From Candidatus Collierbacteria bacterium GW2011_GWC2_44_18 (GTDB taxonomy: Bacteria; Patescibacteriota; Microgenomatia; UBA1400; MFAQ01), in NCBI GenBank assembly GCA_001000865.1, contig LCIE01000002.1, forward strand, positions 32,992 through 96,991: DNA of 64,000 nucleotides. The letters are read 5' to 3'. The position numbers and the translations under genes were made by a program. This document shows, piece after piece, positions 8,573-19,479 of this stretch (position 1 is its first letter; each line of letters starts with the position of its first letter). The notes under the pieces were generated by a model. That model had not been told where the DNA came from, searched no databases, and saw only the letters and a program-made list of their open reading frames with translations.

Positions 8573-11500
8573 ATGATCAAACAAAAAAAACGCGAAAATT
8601 GGGGCAATATAGCCTCAAAGTTACCAGAATCGAACTTGGCCCAAACCCAGCTAGATTCTTACAAACAATTTCTCGAAGAAGGCATCCGTGAATCATTACT
8701 CGAACTAAATCCCATCAAAGACTTTACCGGAAAGGTCTTTGAATTTGAGTTTTTAAGCAATCGTGTTGGTCTCCCCAAGTTTTCTCCTAAGCAGGCTATC
8801 GAAAAAGGTGTCACCTTCGAATCTCCTCTCTGGGCTACCGTCAAGTTGACGAATCTCCATACCAAAGCGACTCAGCAGCAAGAAATATTCCTTGGGGATA
8901 TTCCCATGATGACTTCCATAGGTACCTTTATCATCAATGGTGTCGAACGTGTGGTCGTTAACCAGCTCGTTCGCTCCCCGGGTGCCTACTTTACCCGCGA
9001 ATTTGACCCTCATTCCGGTCGAGCCATGCATCAGGCTGAGGTACGACCCATGCGCGGTTCCTGGCTTGAGTTTATTGTTTCTCGAAATGACTATATTTCC
9101 GTCCGCATCGATCGGCACCGTAAAGTTTCCGCTACTACCCTTATTCGTGCTTTGGGCTATTCAACCAACGAGGAGATTCTGGCCCTTTTTGCCGGTGTAG
9201 ATACCGACAAAGAACATCGCTACATTGCCTCTACTCTCTTAAAAGATAACAGTACCAATACCGAAGAAGCGATCTTGGACTTCTACCAGAAAGTGCGACC
9301 CGGAGAGCCAGCCGTTTTGGAAAATGCCAAAGCCCTTCTCCACCAGATGTTTTTTGATTCCCGCCGTTACAATCTTGGCTTGGTTGGCCGTTACAAGATG
9401 AATCGTAAGCTGGGTATCAACACCCCTGTCGACAAGCAACACATCACTCTCAGTAACGACGACTTCATTGGCTCTATCAAATACTTGATTGGTCTTCAAA
9501 ATGGCCAGGGTAAAGTGGACGATATCGACCACTTGGCTAACCGCCGACTTCGCTGTGTCGGAGAACTGGTTAATCAAACTTCCTTCAAAGCAGGACTTTT
9601 AAGGCTCGAGCGTTCCATCAAAGAGAAGATGTCTCTTGCCAAGCCTGACGAGCTTCCCACCCCCGCCGCCTTTGTTAATCCTCGTCCAATTATCTCCGCT
9701 ATCACCGAATTCTTCCGCCGCAATAGACTTAGCTCCATCTTGGATCAGGTCAACCCTCTTTCCGAAGTTGACAACCTGAGGCGTATTTCGGTTATGGGAC
9801 CTGGAGGTATCACCCGTGAAAGAGCCTCTTTCTCCATGCGTGATATTCACTCTTCCCAATATTCTCGTATCTGTCCAGTCCGTTCTCCTGAAGGTCCCAA
9901 TATCGGTCTCGTTACCTATCTGGCCCTTTACTCCCGTATCAATCCTTACGGTTTTCTCGAAGCCCCATACCTCAAAGTCAACATAGTTGAAAAAGCCGGC
10001 AAAACTACCTTCAAAATTGGGGCAGAAGTTGTCTACTTAGCCGCCGATGATGAGGAAGATGCTTATATTACCCATGCAGGAATCGAGCGAGACGGCGACA
10101 TTATTACCCAGAAGTGGGTACCTGTCCGATTCGGAGGTAAATTCATTGAAGCAGACATTGATAAAGTGCAGTACATAGATGTAATACCCAGACAAGTTGT
10201 CGGTACGTCGGCCGCTCTAATTCCTTTTATTCAGCAAGATGAAGGTACGCGTGCTCTCATGGGCACTCACCATCTCACCCAGGCCCTTCCATTGGTCAAG
10301 CCTACCGCCCCCATCGTGGGAACCGGTATGGAAGAAGTCACAGCCAAGGGTATGGGTTGGGTGGTTTCTTCTGCTTTCGACGGGGAAGTTCTTTCGGTGG
10401 ACGGTAATCATATTAGTCTTAAGTTGTCAGCCAAAGACGCGGTTAAGGCCGTCACCGAGATTTCTCCTTACGACTATGGCTTTGTCGAACTTCACAAAGA
10501 CATCGTCACCTACAATCTTCGCAAATATCACAATTCTTCTCAGGATACTTGTTATAACCAACATCCATTAGTCGCCGTCGGTGACAAAATTAAAAAAGGA
10601 GATGTCATCATTAACGGCCCCGCCTCCGAAAACGGCGAGCTCGCCTTAGGTCAGAATCTCTTAATTGCCTATGCCGCTTTCGAGGGTTTGGGTTATGAAG
10701 ACGCTATCGTCGTTTCCGATCGTTGTGTTCGGGAAGACCTGCTCTCATCAATCCACATTCATGAACACAGTTGCGATGTTATGGATACCAAGCTGGGTGC
10801 CGAAGAACTTACGAGAGATATTCCTAATGTTGCAGAGGTTGATCTCAGAAATCTTGGTCAAGACGGTATTATTGCTATCGGTTCCGTTGTGGGACCCAAT
10901 GATATTCTGATTGGAAAAATTGCCCCCAAAGGAGAAACCGAATTAACTGCCGAAGAAAGACTTTTGAGAGCCATTTTCGGCGAAAAAGCTCGTGAAGTTC
11001 GCGACACCTCACTTCGTATGCCTCATGGTGAACAAGGTGTCGTCGTTTCCGTGAGAACTCTCAGTCGTGAAGAAGGGGATGAGCTGGATGCCGGAGTCAT
11101 TACTCAAATAAAAATCAAAGTTGCTCAGCTTAGAAAAATAACTGTTGGTGATAAAGTTGCCGGAAGACACGGGAACAAGGGTGTCATCAGTAAAATTGTT
11201 TCTGACGCCGATATGCCCCATCTCGCCGATGGCCGTCCGGTAGATATCATTATTTCTCCTCTTTCTGTTCTCGCTCGTATGAACCTGGGACAATTATTGG
11301 AAGCCCAACTGGCTTTTGCGGGTGAACAGCTGGACAGACGTTTTTCTGTTCCTGTCTTTGAAAAAGTTTCTGAATCTCAAATTACCGACGTTCTCAAAGA
11401 AGCCGGTTTACCTGTTACCGGCAAATCTCAGCTTTACGACGGACGTACGGGAGAACCTTTTGCTCAAGAAACCGCCGTTGGTGTTGGCTATATCATCAAG

Positions 11501-12019
11501 CTCAACCACATGGTTGAGGATAAGACTCACGCTCGTTCGATTGGACCTTACTCTTTAGTCACCCAGCAACCTCTTGGAGGTAAGGCTCAGATGGGTGGAC
11601 AGCGTTTGGGAGAAATGGAAGTTTGGGCTCTCGAAGCTCACAAGGCCGCTTACTCGCTCCAGGAGATGTTAACTTTAAAGTCCGATGATGTTGTTGGTCG
11701 CTCCAAAGCCTTTGAAGCTATAGTCAAGGGTGAGACCATCCCCATGTCCTCAATTCCTGAATCTTTTAAGGTCCTTGTCAAAGAGCTCAACTCACTTTGT
11801 CTCGCTGTCGTTCCTACCGGCCAGGTCGTGGCCGCTGTCGAAGAAGCTATGCCGGTCAAGCCGGAAATAGCCGCTGTTATTGACGAGGCTACTTCTATGT
11901 CCGATGAACTCAAAGCCTCGACTTTTGAAGAGGAGGATGAAAGTGGTGAGCCAATCGATGAGGTCAGTGAGGAATCTGCAGAAGCGGGAGATCCAAACCC
12001 GGATTTAGAAAATCAGTAA
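8573..12019 (+). CDS. rpoB: RNA polymerase beta subunit
   Basis: GDKVAGRHGNKGV and GGQRLGEMEVWALEA motifs. Confidence 0.99.
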   Translation: MIKQKKRENWGNIASKLPESNLAQTQLDSYKQFLEEGIRESLLELNPIKDFTGKVFEFEFLSNRVGLPKFSPKQAIEKGVTFESPLWATVKLTNLHTKATQQQEIFLGDIPMMTSIGTFIINGVERVVVNQLVRSPGAYFTREFDPHSGRAMHQAEVRPMRGSWLEFIVSRNDYISVRIDRHRKVSATTLIRALGYSTNEEILALFAGVDTDKEHRYIASTLLKDNSTNTEEAILDFYQKVRPGEPAVLENAKALLHQMFFDSRRYNLGLVGRYKMNRKLGINTPVDKQHITLSNDDFIGSIKYLIGLQNGQGKVDDIDHLANRRLRCVGELVNQTSFKAGLLRLERSIKEKMSLAKPDELPTPAAFVNPRPIISAITEFFRRNRLSSILDQVNPLSEVDNLRRISVMGPGGITRERASFSMRDIHSSQYSRICPVRSPEGPNIGLVTYLALYSRINPYGFLEAPYLKVNIVEKAGKTTFKIGAEVVYLAADDEEDAYITHAGIERDGDIITQKWVPVRFGGKFIEADIDKVQYIDVIPRQVVGTSAALIPFIQQDEGTRALMGTHHLTQALPLVKPTAPIVGTGMEEVTAKGMGWVVSSAFDGEVLSVDGNHISLKLSAKDAVKAVTEISPYDYGFVELHKDIVTYNLRKYHNSSQDTCYNQHPLVAVGDKIKKGDVIINGPASENGELALGQNLLIAYAAFEGLGYEDAIVVSDRCVREDLLSSIHIHEHSCDVMDTKLGAEELTRDIPNVAEVDLRNLGQDGIIAIGSVVGPNDILIGKIAPKGETELTAEERLLRAIFGEKAREVRDTSLRMPHGEQGVVVSVRTLSREEGDELDAGVITQIKIKVAQLRKITVGDKVAGRHGNKGVISKIVSDADMPHLADGRPVDIIISPLSVLARMNLGQLLEAQLAFAGEQLDRRFSVPVFEKVSESQITDVLKEAGLPVTGKSQLYDGRTGEPFAQETAVGVGYIIKLNHMVEDKTHARSIGPYSLVTQQPLGGKAQMGGQRLGEMEVWALEAHKAAYSLQEMLTLKSDDVVGRSKAFEAIVKGETIPMSSIPESFKVLVKELNSLCLAVVPTGQVVAAVEEAMPVKPEIAAVIDEATSMSDELKASTFEEEDESGEPIDEVSEESAEAGDPNPDLENQ

Positions 12020-12045
12020 TTAAAGTAAACCTAAAAAAATAAAAC

Positions 12046-15000
12046 ATGAATAATATTGTCGATTTCTCAGGTTTGCAGATCAGACTCGCTAGCCCAGAAG
12101 ATATTCGTAGTTGGTCTTACGGTCTCGTAACCAAACCGGAAACTATTAATTACCGAACTCAAAAACCCGAAAAGGACGGTCTTTTCTGCGAACGAATTTT
12201 TGGACCCACCAAGGATTGGGAATGTTACTGTGGAAAATACAAACGAGTCCGCTTTAAAGGCATTGTTTGCGATAAATGTGGTGTCGAAGTTACTCTTAGC
12301 CGTGTCCGCCGCGAAAGGATGGGTCACATCGAGCTCTCTGCACCGGTTGCCCACGTTTGGTTCTTCAAGGGTGCTCCCAGTAAGCTTTCTTTACTACTGG
12401 ATATTTCACCAAAGGCTTTAACTTCAGTTATTTACTTTAGTAAATTCCTTATCATGTCGGTTAATGAAGAAGGACGCGAAGACGCTTTAAAGAGTATCGA
12501 AACTCAAAAAGAGGCCAAGCTCAACGAAGTCCATTCCAATTTTGACAAACAAATTGAAGATATCAAAGTACAGGGTGAAAAAGAAGTTTCCGAATTAAAA
12601 AAGAAAATTAAAGTTAAGGACGAATTAGAGCTTAAGACGGAAGATCTCAAGGTTCAATACAAACAAAAGGTCGCCTCGCTTCGTGAACAGATGGTAGTTG
12701 AGCTTGCTTTTACCGAAGAAATTTACAGCAAGCTTGGAACACTGATAGAAAGAATTCAAACCAATTCTTTGGTTTCCGATTCTGAATTTGCCAAGCTTGA
12801 AGAATACAGACTCGTTGATTGGCTTGAGGCTGGTATGGGTTCGGAAGCTCTTCTTGATGCTCTCAAAAAAGTCAATCTTGAAGAACTAGCTGCCAAACTC
12901 AAAGAAGATCTCAACAGTCCTTCGGAAGCCAAGAAGCTCAGAGCCACCAAACGGCTTCAGGTCGTTCGCGGTTTAGCTGACTCCAAGATCAAACCGGAAT
13001 GGATGATCGTTCAGACTCTCCCTGTAATTCCTCCCGATCTTCGTCCCATGGTTCAGCTTTCCGGTGGCCGTTTTGCGGCTTCTGATCTCAACGATCTCTA
13101 CCGCAGAGTTATCAACCGAAACAATCGTCTCAAACATCTCATCGACCTCGGTGCTCCGGAAATTATCTTGAGAAATGAAAAACGCATGCTTCAGGAAGCA
13201 GTCGACTCTCTGATTGACTCTTCTCAAGCTCGTTCTACTCGTCGATCCCGTACCGGTAAAACGCTCAAATCGTTGTCCGACATGCTCCGTGGTAAACAAG
13301 GCCGTTTCCGTCAAAACCTCCTGGGTAAGCGTGTAGATTACTCCGGTCGTTCTGTTATCGTCGTCGGACCTGAGCTCAAACTTAATCAATGTGGTCTTCC
13401 AAAAGATATGGCTTTAGAGATGTTTAAGCCTTTCGTTCTTCACGAGCTTATCAAGCAAGACATGGCTCCCAATGTTAAAGCCGCCAAAGTTTTGATTGAA
13501 AAACGCCAGCCGGAAGTCTTCGACATTCTTGAAAAAATTACTAAAAAACACCCTGTCCTCCTAAACCGTGCCCCCACACTTCACAAGCTTTCTATTCAAG
13601 CTTTCTGGCCAGTACTGGTTGATGGTGCCGCTATTCGTTTACATCCGGTAGTTTGTGGTGGTTTCAACGCTGACTTCGATGGAGATCAAATGGCCGTTCA
13701 TGTACCTCTTACCAAAAAAGCCATTATGGAAGCCAAGAAACACATGCTTCCTCAATACAACTTGGTCAAACCCTCAGCTGGTAACCCAGTTTCCATTCCT
13801 GACTCCAAAGAAATGGCCATTGGTGTTTATTATCTTACTTCGATCGATACCAAACTGGCCCCTTATACCATGCCTTTCTCCTCTCCTACCGAGGCCATCA
13901 CCGCCTACGAGACGGGAGCTTTGAATCCTCGTCAACCGATCAAAGTTCGCTTGATCGCCGGTAAGTCCGAACTTACGGAGACCACTGTCGGCCGCATTAT
14001 CTTCAATAAAATTCTTCCAAAAGAGTGGGCATTCATCAATCACAATCTTCCTCGAAAAGAAATTTCCGCCATGTTCCATCGAGCTATTAAAGAGATCGAC
14101 ATCAAACGTGTTGTCAGACTTATCGATGGTGTAAAAGATATTGGTTTTGCTTATTCCACCATTTCCGGTCTCTCCTTCGCCATTTCCGACAACGAAATGT
14201 ATTCTGGAAAAGACGCGGTGATTGAAGAGGGAAATAAAAAAGCCAAAGAGATCGAAGAGAACTACAATAATGGTCTGATAACCAACGAAGAAAGACGCAA
14301 GATCACCATTCAAATGTGGATGGACACCGCCGAAGACTTGGCCGAAAAAACCTGGCAAGAATTCTCCGAAGACAATCCGGTCCGTTTGATTATTGATACC
14401 GGTATGGGTCGTATTACCAAAAATACCATCAAACAGCTTTCGGCGATGCGTGGTGTTGGTGCCGATCCACTTGGAAATTTGATAGAACTTCCCACCAAAG
14501 GAAACTTCCGCGAAGGTCTAAACATCTTCGAATACGTTTCCTCCATTCGCAGTTCTAGAAAGGGTCTCACCGATACTGCCCTTCGTACCGCCGACGCCGG
14601 ATATCTTACCCGCCGGTTGGTAGATGTCAGTCATGATGCTATCATTCGAGCCGAAGACTGTGGTACTGATGAATTTGTCACTATTTCTACAGAGGATAGC
14701 CGAGGCAAGATCTTCGAAAAACGAATAAACTCCCGTTTCGCTGCCAAAAAAGTAATTTCTCCCGAAACTCACAAGGTTTTAGTTGGTGCCAGTGAGATGA
14801 TTACCGAAGAAGTCGCGGCCGAAATCGCCAAATCAGGAGTTAAAGAAGTCGAAGTTCGTTCTCCTCTTACTTGCAAGATGCGTTTCGGTCTCTGTGTAAA
14901 ATGTTATGGAAACAGTTTGGCCAGCAACTCTACCTCAGTCATTGGGGACCCTGCTGGTGTAACCGCCGCCCAATCCATCGGAGAGCCTGGAACCCAACTT

Positions 15001-15753
15001 ACTATGCGTACCAAGCACTCCGGAGGTGTCGCGGGAGTCGACGTGACTCAAGGGTTACCTCGGGTGACCGAACTTTTCGAGGTACGTCAGCCCAAACTGG
15101 TCGCCCCAATTTCCGAGGTTTCCGGTAAGGTTAAAATTGTCGAAACCGACAATGGTAATCTGGTTACCGTTACCCCTACAGGCAAAAAAGAAGATCGTAA
15201 GGAGTACCTCATTCCTTTAGCCATGCCTCTTAAGGTTGAGGATGCCGAAATGATCGCTGTTGGAACTCAGTTAGCCGCCGGCGGTGTCGATATCAAAGAG
15301 CTTCTCAAGATCAAAGGTCTCAGATCGGCCCAAAACTATCTCATTGGTGAAATCCAGGCTATCTACGAGTCTCAAGGAATCGGTATTCACGACAAACACT
15401 TTGAGGTCATCGTCCGCAAAATGTGTGACTATGTCCGTATAGACTCACTCGGAGATACCAGCTTGGTTGCTGGAGACGTCATAAGCCGGGGAAGTTACGA
15501 AATGGCTAACGAAGCGATCATTGCTCAAGGGGGAGAGCCTGCTACTGCTACCAACCTGATTCTCGGAACTATTCGCGCCGCTCTACATACCGATTCTTGG
15601 TTATCAGCCGCTTCCTTCCAGGATACCACTAGTGTCTTGACCGACGCCGCCACCCAAGGCAAGATTGATCATTTAGTCGGCATGAAAGAAAATGTTATTA
15701 TTGGTCGGTTGGTCCCCACAAGCAAGTTGCGTGCCAGGATCGAGAATATCTGA
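12046..15753 (+). CDS. rpoC: RNA polymerase beta' subunit
   Basis: [12 protein letters not shown] active site and Zn-binding Cys motifs. Confidence 0.99.
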   Translation: MNNIVDFSGLQIRLASPEDIRSWSYGLVTKPETINYRTQKPEKDGLFCERIFGPTKDWECYCGKYKRVRFKGIVCDKCGVEVTLSRVRRERMGHIELSAPVAHVWFFKGAPSKLSLLLDISPKALTSVIYFSKFLIMSVNEEGREDALKSIETQKEAKLNEVHSNFDKQIEDIKVQGEKEVSELKKKIKVKDELELKTEDLKVQYKQKVASLREQMVVELAFTEEIYSKLGTLIERIQTNSLVSDSEFAKLEEYRLVDWLEAGMGSEALLDALKKVNLEELAAKLKEDLNSPSEAKKLRATKRLQVVRGLADSKIKPEWMIVQTLPVIPPDLRPMVQLSGGRFAASDLNDLYRRVINRNNRLKHLIDLGAPEIILRNEKRMLQEAVDSLIDSSQARSTRRSRTGKTLKSLSDMLRGKQGRFRQNLLGKRVDYSGRSVIVVGPELKLNQCGLPKDMALEMFKPFVLHELIKQDMAPNVKAAKVLIEKRQPEVFDILEKITKKHPVLLNRAPTLHKLSIQAFWPVLVDGAAIRLHPVVCGGFNADFDGDQMAVHVPLTKKAIMEAKKHMLPQYNLVKPSAGNPVSIPDSKEMAIGVYYLTSIDTKLAPYTMPFSSPTEAITAYETGALNPRQPIKVRLIAGKSELTETTVGRIIFNKILPKEWAFINHNLPRKEISAMFHRAIKEIDIKRVVRLIDGVKDIGFAYSTISGLSFAISDNEMYSGKDAVIEEGNKKAKEIEENYNNGLITNEERRKITIQMWMDTAEDLAEKTWQEFSEDNPVRLIIDTGMGRITKNTIKQLSAMRGVGADPLGNLIELPTKGNFREGLNIFEYVSSIRSSRKGLTDTALRTADAGYLTRRLVDVSHDAIIRAEDCGTDEFVTISTEDSRGKIFEKRINSRFAAKKVISPETHKVLVGASEMITEEVAAEIAKSGVKEVEVRSPLTCKMRFGLCVKCYGNSLASNSTSVIGDPAGVTAAQSIGEPGTQLTMRTKHSGGVAGVDVTQGLPRVTELFEVRQPKLVAPISEVSGKVKIVETDNGNLVTVTPTGKKEDRKEYLIPLAMPLKVEDAEMIAVGTQLAAGGVDIKELLKIKGLRSAQNYLIGEIQAIYESQGIGIHDKHFEVIVRKMCDYVRIDSLGDTSLVAGDVISRGSYEMANEAIIAQGGEPATATNLILGTIRAALHTDSWLSAASFQDTTSVLTDAATQGKIDHLVGMKENVIIGRLVPTSKLRARIENI

Positions 15754-15772
15754 TAAAATACACGAGCAAACT

Positions 15773-16195
15773 ATGCCTACAACTAACCAACTAATTAAAC
15801 ACGGTCGCATCAACGCTACTCGAAAAATCAAAACTACTGCTCTCCGCAAGAGTTTTAACTCGGTCAAGCGTCACATGGTCGCTACCCAGAGTCCCCAAAA
15901 GGCCGGTGTCTGTCTACAGGTCAAAACCATGACCCCCAAGAAACCAAACTCCGCCCTTCGAAAGATCGCCCGTGTGCGTCTTAGCAACAAGCAGGAGGTT
16001 ACCGCTTATATCATGGGTGAAGGCCACAATCTGGCCGAGCACAGTATTGTCCTCATTCGCGGTGGTCGTGTTCGTGACCTTCCTGGTGTCAAATACCACA
16101 TTGTTAGAGGTAAGCTCGATACCGGTGGTATTGAAAAACGTCGCACCAGCCGTAGTAAATACGGCTCCAAGCGCCCCTCACCAGCCAAAAAATAA
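15773..16195 (+). CDS. rpsL: 30S ribosomal protein S12
   Basis: [18 protein letters not shown]. Confidence 0.98.
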   Translation: MPTTNQLIKHGRINATRKIKTTALRKSFNSVKRHMVATQSPQKAGVCLQVKTMTPKKPNSALRKIARVRLSNKQEVTAYIMGEGHNLAEHSIVLIRGGRVRDLPGVKYHIVRGKLDTGGIEKRRTSRSKYGSKRPSPAKK

Positions 16196-16196
16196 T

Positions 16197-16673
16197 ATGA
16201 GAAGTAAAAAAACCCCACCCAAAAAAATCCAATTTGATCCGATCTACGGCAGTCCTCTAATCGCCAAGCTAATCACTAGCGTTATGGAAGACGGCCGCAA
16301 GTCCGTCGCCGCCAAACAGGTCTACAAGGCGATTGATATTGTGGCCGAACAAACCAAGCAAGATGGAGTTGAATACCTTCACGCTTCTCTGGAAAACATC
16401 AAGCCTACCATCGAAGTCCGTTCTCGCCGAGTCGGAGGTGCTTCTTACCAAGTCCCTACTCCTATCCGTCCAGAGCGTCGTGACTCTCTCGCTATCCGCT
16501 GGCTAATCAATGCCGCCAAGGCGCGTGGAGCCAATCCTTACCGCACTCTGGCCGACAAGCTTGCGGCTGAGATCGTCGAAGCTCACGAAAATGCCGGTGC
16601 CGCCATCAAAAAGAAACTCGATACTCACAAAATGGCCGAAGCCAACAAGGCCTTCGCCCACTTCCGCTGGTAG
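16197..16673 (+). CDS. rpsG: 30S ribosomal protein S7
   Basis: EVRSRRVGGASYQVP, HKMAEANKAFAHFRW. Confidence 0.98.
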   Translation: MRSKKTPPKKIQFDPIYGSPLIAKLITSVMEDGRKSVAAKQVYKAIDIVAEQTKQDGVEYLHASLENIKPTIEVRSRRVGGASYQVPTPIRPERRDSLAIRWLINAAKARGANPYRTLADKLAAEIVEAHENAGAAIKKKLDTHKMAEANKAFAHFRW

Positions 16674-16764
16674 TCTTTCCCCGAGGAGTCTCCACCCTCG
16701 ACCCCTCCCCATCCTATTAGTGCTACAATATCCCATAAATCTCGCACTTTAACGGAGGCTATTG

Positions 16765-16968
16765 ATGCCCAATTTCTGTCCACTCGTAAATGGGATATGT
16801 AAAGCCACTTGCGTATTTTTCAACGCCAGACTCAGAACCTGCCTTATTCGTGATGCGGCTCTTGCCATACTTTCTCTGCCCAATAAGGTAGAAGCCATCC
16901 AGGAAGGCGTCGAAGATCTGCCCGACAAAATCGTCGATCAATTTGTCGAAATCAACCGAGAAGATTAG
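16765..16968 (+). CDS. Orphan small Cys-rich protein
   Basis: GGAGG SD; C-x6-C-x3-C-x9-C; terminator at 16982-17005. Confidence 0.6.
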   Translation: MPNFCPLVNGICKATCVFFNARLRTCLIRDAALAILSLPNKVEAIQEGVEDLPDKIVDQFVEINRED

Positions 16969-16981
16969 GAGCCTAAATTGC

Positions 16982-17005
16982 AGGCCGCCCGAAGGGCGGC
17001 CTTTT
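16982..17005 (+). terminator. Terminator hairpin between convergent genes
   Basis: aggccgccc-gaa-gggcggcc-tttt. Confidence 0.75.
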
Positions 17006-17948
17006 AAGTCTCCCTCTCCAAAAAATATTGAGTTAGGCAGAAGCGATATCCGGGACCTCGTTTGTATGATGCCACAATTTCTTTTTGTTCATCGGTCAGT
17101 TTTTCAAAATCTTTTTCGGTCAGATGGGCCAGAATCAAAACATCACTTCGTCTCAGTTCTATTCCTGTCTCTTTCTGTATTTGATCTAGTATCTCTTTCT
17201 GTACAGGCGCATATTTTTTATAAATATAATCTGATGTAAACTTATGAAAAACTTTTTCGGCGATAATCAGTGACAGAATATTCTTAAACCACTTTGTTCC
17301 ATATAGCGTCTGGACCGGCTCCCGACTAAAGGTAAAACCAACTCTGTAGTAAAACAATCCAAATGGTTTGCTCATAGAAGTCAGCACCGCGATGATATTG
17401 GGGTGTGTCATGTCAAACCTGTGTTTCTTGGTTAACCCTAGATATGCCATATCCACAACTACTTTGTTCCCCAAATCAGCAATTTGATTGATTAAAGAGT
17501 CCGGTAAAATATTGCCATCTCTGCCCGATGGGTTTGATATAAACCAATACCCGGGCATCAACGCCTTAATCACCTCTATATCCTCCTTAACTTCCTGCAC
17601 GGTTAGGCCCAGGCCAGCCGCGCATTCCCGGTAACCTTCGTACTCACCCTCTAAAGTGTAAATCGGAGAGTCGGGATGGTCCTTTTTAATCCTTGATAGT
17701 AGGTGATAGATACCTTCGCTCGAACCACTCGTTGGATAACGATAGCCAAATCCTTCTAATCCCTTGACGTCTTTTTTATAAAACTTAATCATCTTTTCAG
17801 TGATCGGTTTTTCGTAGTCATCCAATCCGGGTGAAATAGATTTCAAAAACTCTCCATGCGGAAAATCAGCTGTAATCTTCGAAATTAATTTTCGTATCTC
17901 CGGAAAATAGTAGGAGTACACCGCCCTAATTGTCTTTAATTTCTCCAT
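17004..17948 (-). CDS. PLP-dependent fold-type I enzyme (aminotransferase/decarboxylase-like)
   Basis: GSSEGI, ISNPSGRDG, VDMAY and SMSKPFGL..RVG (PLP Lys). Confidence 0.8.
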   Translation of the reverse strand: MEKLKTIRAVYSYYFPEIRKLISKITADFPHGEFLKSISPGLDDYEKPITEKMIKFYKKDVKGLEGFGYRYPTSGSSEGIYHLLSRIKKDHPDSPIYTLEGEYEGYRECAAGLGLTVQEVKEDIEVIKALMPGYWFISNPSGRDGNILPDSLINQIADLGNKVVVDMAYLGLTKKHRFDMTHPNIIAVLTSMSKPFGLFYYRVGFTFSREPVQTLYGTKWFKNILSLIIAEKVFHKFTSDYIYKKYAPVQKEILDQIQKETGIELRRSDVLILAHLTEKDFEKLTDEQKEIVASYKRGPGYRFCLTQYFLERET

Positions 17949-18048
17949 ATTTATTGATAATTTTTAACTCGTTGTCATCCCGCACCTTCCCGAGGAGTCT
18001 CCTTGTAGGTATTCCTGCGAGGAGACTCCTCATTGGTCTCCATCTCCG

Positions 18049-18924
18049 TTAAAGAATAATCGCCCCTTTGTACTGCCAATCGAATCTAATGTGCCCATCC
18101 GGAAAGAATATCATTTGCCGAATATCATCTGTACCCGGTTTAATCGTCAAAGCGTCCGTCAAGCACACATTCTGCCCGTCTATGTCAAAGATTCTTGAAT
18201 TGTGCCCATAAGAAAGTAGTAGTCTCCCGTGCTTCTCCGCCCATCGATTAATATCCGAGATCTTCTTCGCAGTTAGCATAAGGTTCAGTGTATCTGCCTT
18301 ATATTTTTCACTCTCCGATTCTTCGGGTGCCGCCACTGGTCGCAGCGAAACTTGCTCTACCCCCCATTTGTTGGCTGTTTCAACCATCTTTTGCGCCTCT
18401 TTTGGTGTGTCGATGTGATCTTTAATCAAGACCACCGAAAATCTCACTGAGTATCCAATCTTGTGTAGTTTATCGATTAATTTTCCCAAATCAGGGTAAG
18501 TCTTTTTTCCAGGCACATAATTTGCTCTATTCTTCTCTGGGTCATAATGCACCACCGATATCGAGATTATCGATAGGCCCAGCTCATACCACTCTTTCAA
18601 ATATTTGTCATATTTTTCTGACTGCTCCGAAAACAATATTCCATTTGTCTGCAGTTCCAGAATCGGAAAGTCATATTTCTGGAGGTGTTGGAGATAATCG
18701 GTGATTTGATCAGGGAATAATGTTGGCTCACCTTTACCCGTTAACAATACGCTGGTGATGTTATTTACTTGCGCCATCCGACAGGCTTTGTGAAAGTTTA
18801 TCCAGTTCACCTTCGTCGGTCTCATCCCAATCTCCTTTACCCCCGTCATTTTCGAGACACAAAACGGACACTTCGCATTACATATTGCATTGCCTGAAAC
18901 TACTGTAAACGTTTGTATCTTCAT
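18049..18924 (-). CDS. Radical SAM protein
   Basis: CNAKCPFC, TGKGEPTL and LQTNG; TTGACA-17-TATACT promoter upstream on the - strand. Confidence 0.9.
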   Translation of the reverse strand: MKIQTFTVVSGNAICNAKCPFCVSKMTGVKEIGMRPTKVNWINFHKACRMAQVNNITSVLLTGKGEPTLFPDQITDYLQHLQKYDFPILELQTNGILFSEQSEKYDKYLKEWYELGLSIISISVVHYDPEKNRANYVPGKKTYPDLGKLIDKLHKIGYSVRFSVVLIKDHIDTPKEAQKMVETANKWGVEQVSLRPVAAPEESESEKYKADTLNLMLTAKKISDINRWAEKHGRLLLSYGHNSRIFDIDGQNVCLTDALTIKPGTDDIRQMIFFPDGHIRFDWQYKGAIIL

Positions 18925-18972
18925 CTTAGTGTAAAGTATACACTATACCTCTCACCTTGTCAATCCTCGTTC

Positions 18973-18997
18973 GTCATTCCGGGCTTGACCCGGAATC
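18973..18997 (+). repeat. GTCATTCC..GGAATC palindrome (family A')
   Basis: gtcattccgggcttgacccggaatc. Confidence 0.8.
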
Positions 18998-19075
18998 CAT
19001 CCCCTGGTACAATACCCCATAACGTTTTCGTCGCGCACTCAGGTACTTTGATATACATCAAGGAGATATTTCAAA

Positions 19076-19471
19076 ATGAGGATATTTAGCTTTCTTTTAC
19101 CCCGTAGGCCACAGCCTCCGCATCCTGATACTCCCATTGAAACTTGGATCGTTGAGATATTAGAAGCTCCGGAAGGACCCGTCTTAAACAAAACTTTGAT
19201 CATTACCGAGAGCTGGTCTCGGGCCAACAGTCGACCTCCTCTCCATCAGGATCATCAGTTTGGGCCAAGCAAACCGATCGTTTTTGTCATTAATGAATTG
19301 CCTGGTTCTAAACGGTATCGTGTCTATACCAAATCAGACTTTGATATTCAGTTCGGCGAGATCACGACCAGAACACCTGAAGAAAGAATCGAGGTCAAAG
19401 ACAGTTACGGTAACATGCTTGCCGATGCCGTAGAAGAACTCAGACAAATACATGCCAGATTGCAGAAATAG
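19076..19471 (+). CDS. Orphan hypothetical protein
   Basis: AGGAG upstream; TACAAT promoter at 19008. Confidence 0.6.
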   Translation: MRIFSFLLPRRPQPPHPDTPIETWIVEILEAPEGPVLNKTLIITESWSRANSRPPLHQDHQFGPSKPIVFVINELPGSKRYRVYTKSDFDIQFGEITTRTPEERIEVKDSYGNMLADAVEELRQIHARLQK

Positions 19472-19479
19472 AGGTTCTC

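Noticed and set aside
18049-18924. Prokaryotic viperin
   Set aside because: It lacks the viperin-type N.H...CNY.C.FCF and NFSGGEP context; only the generic CxxxCxxC motif is shared.
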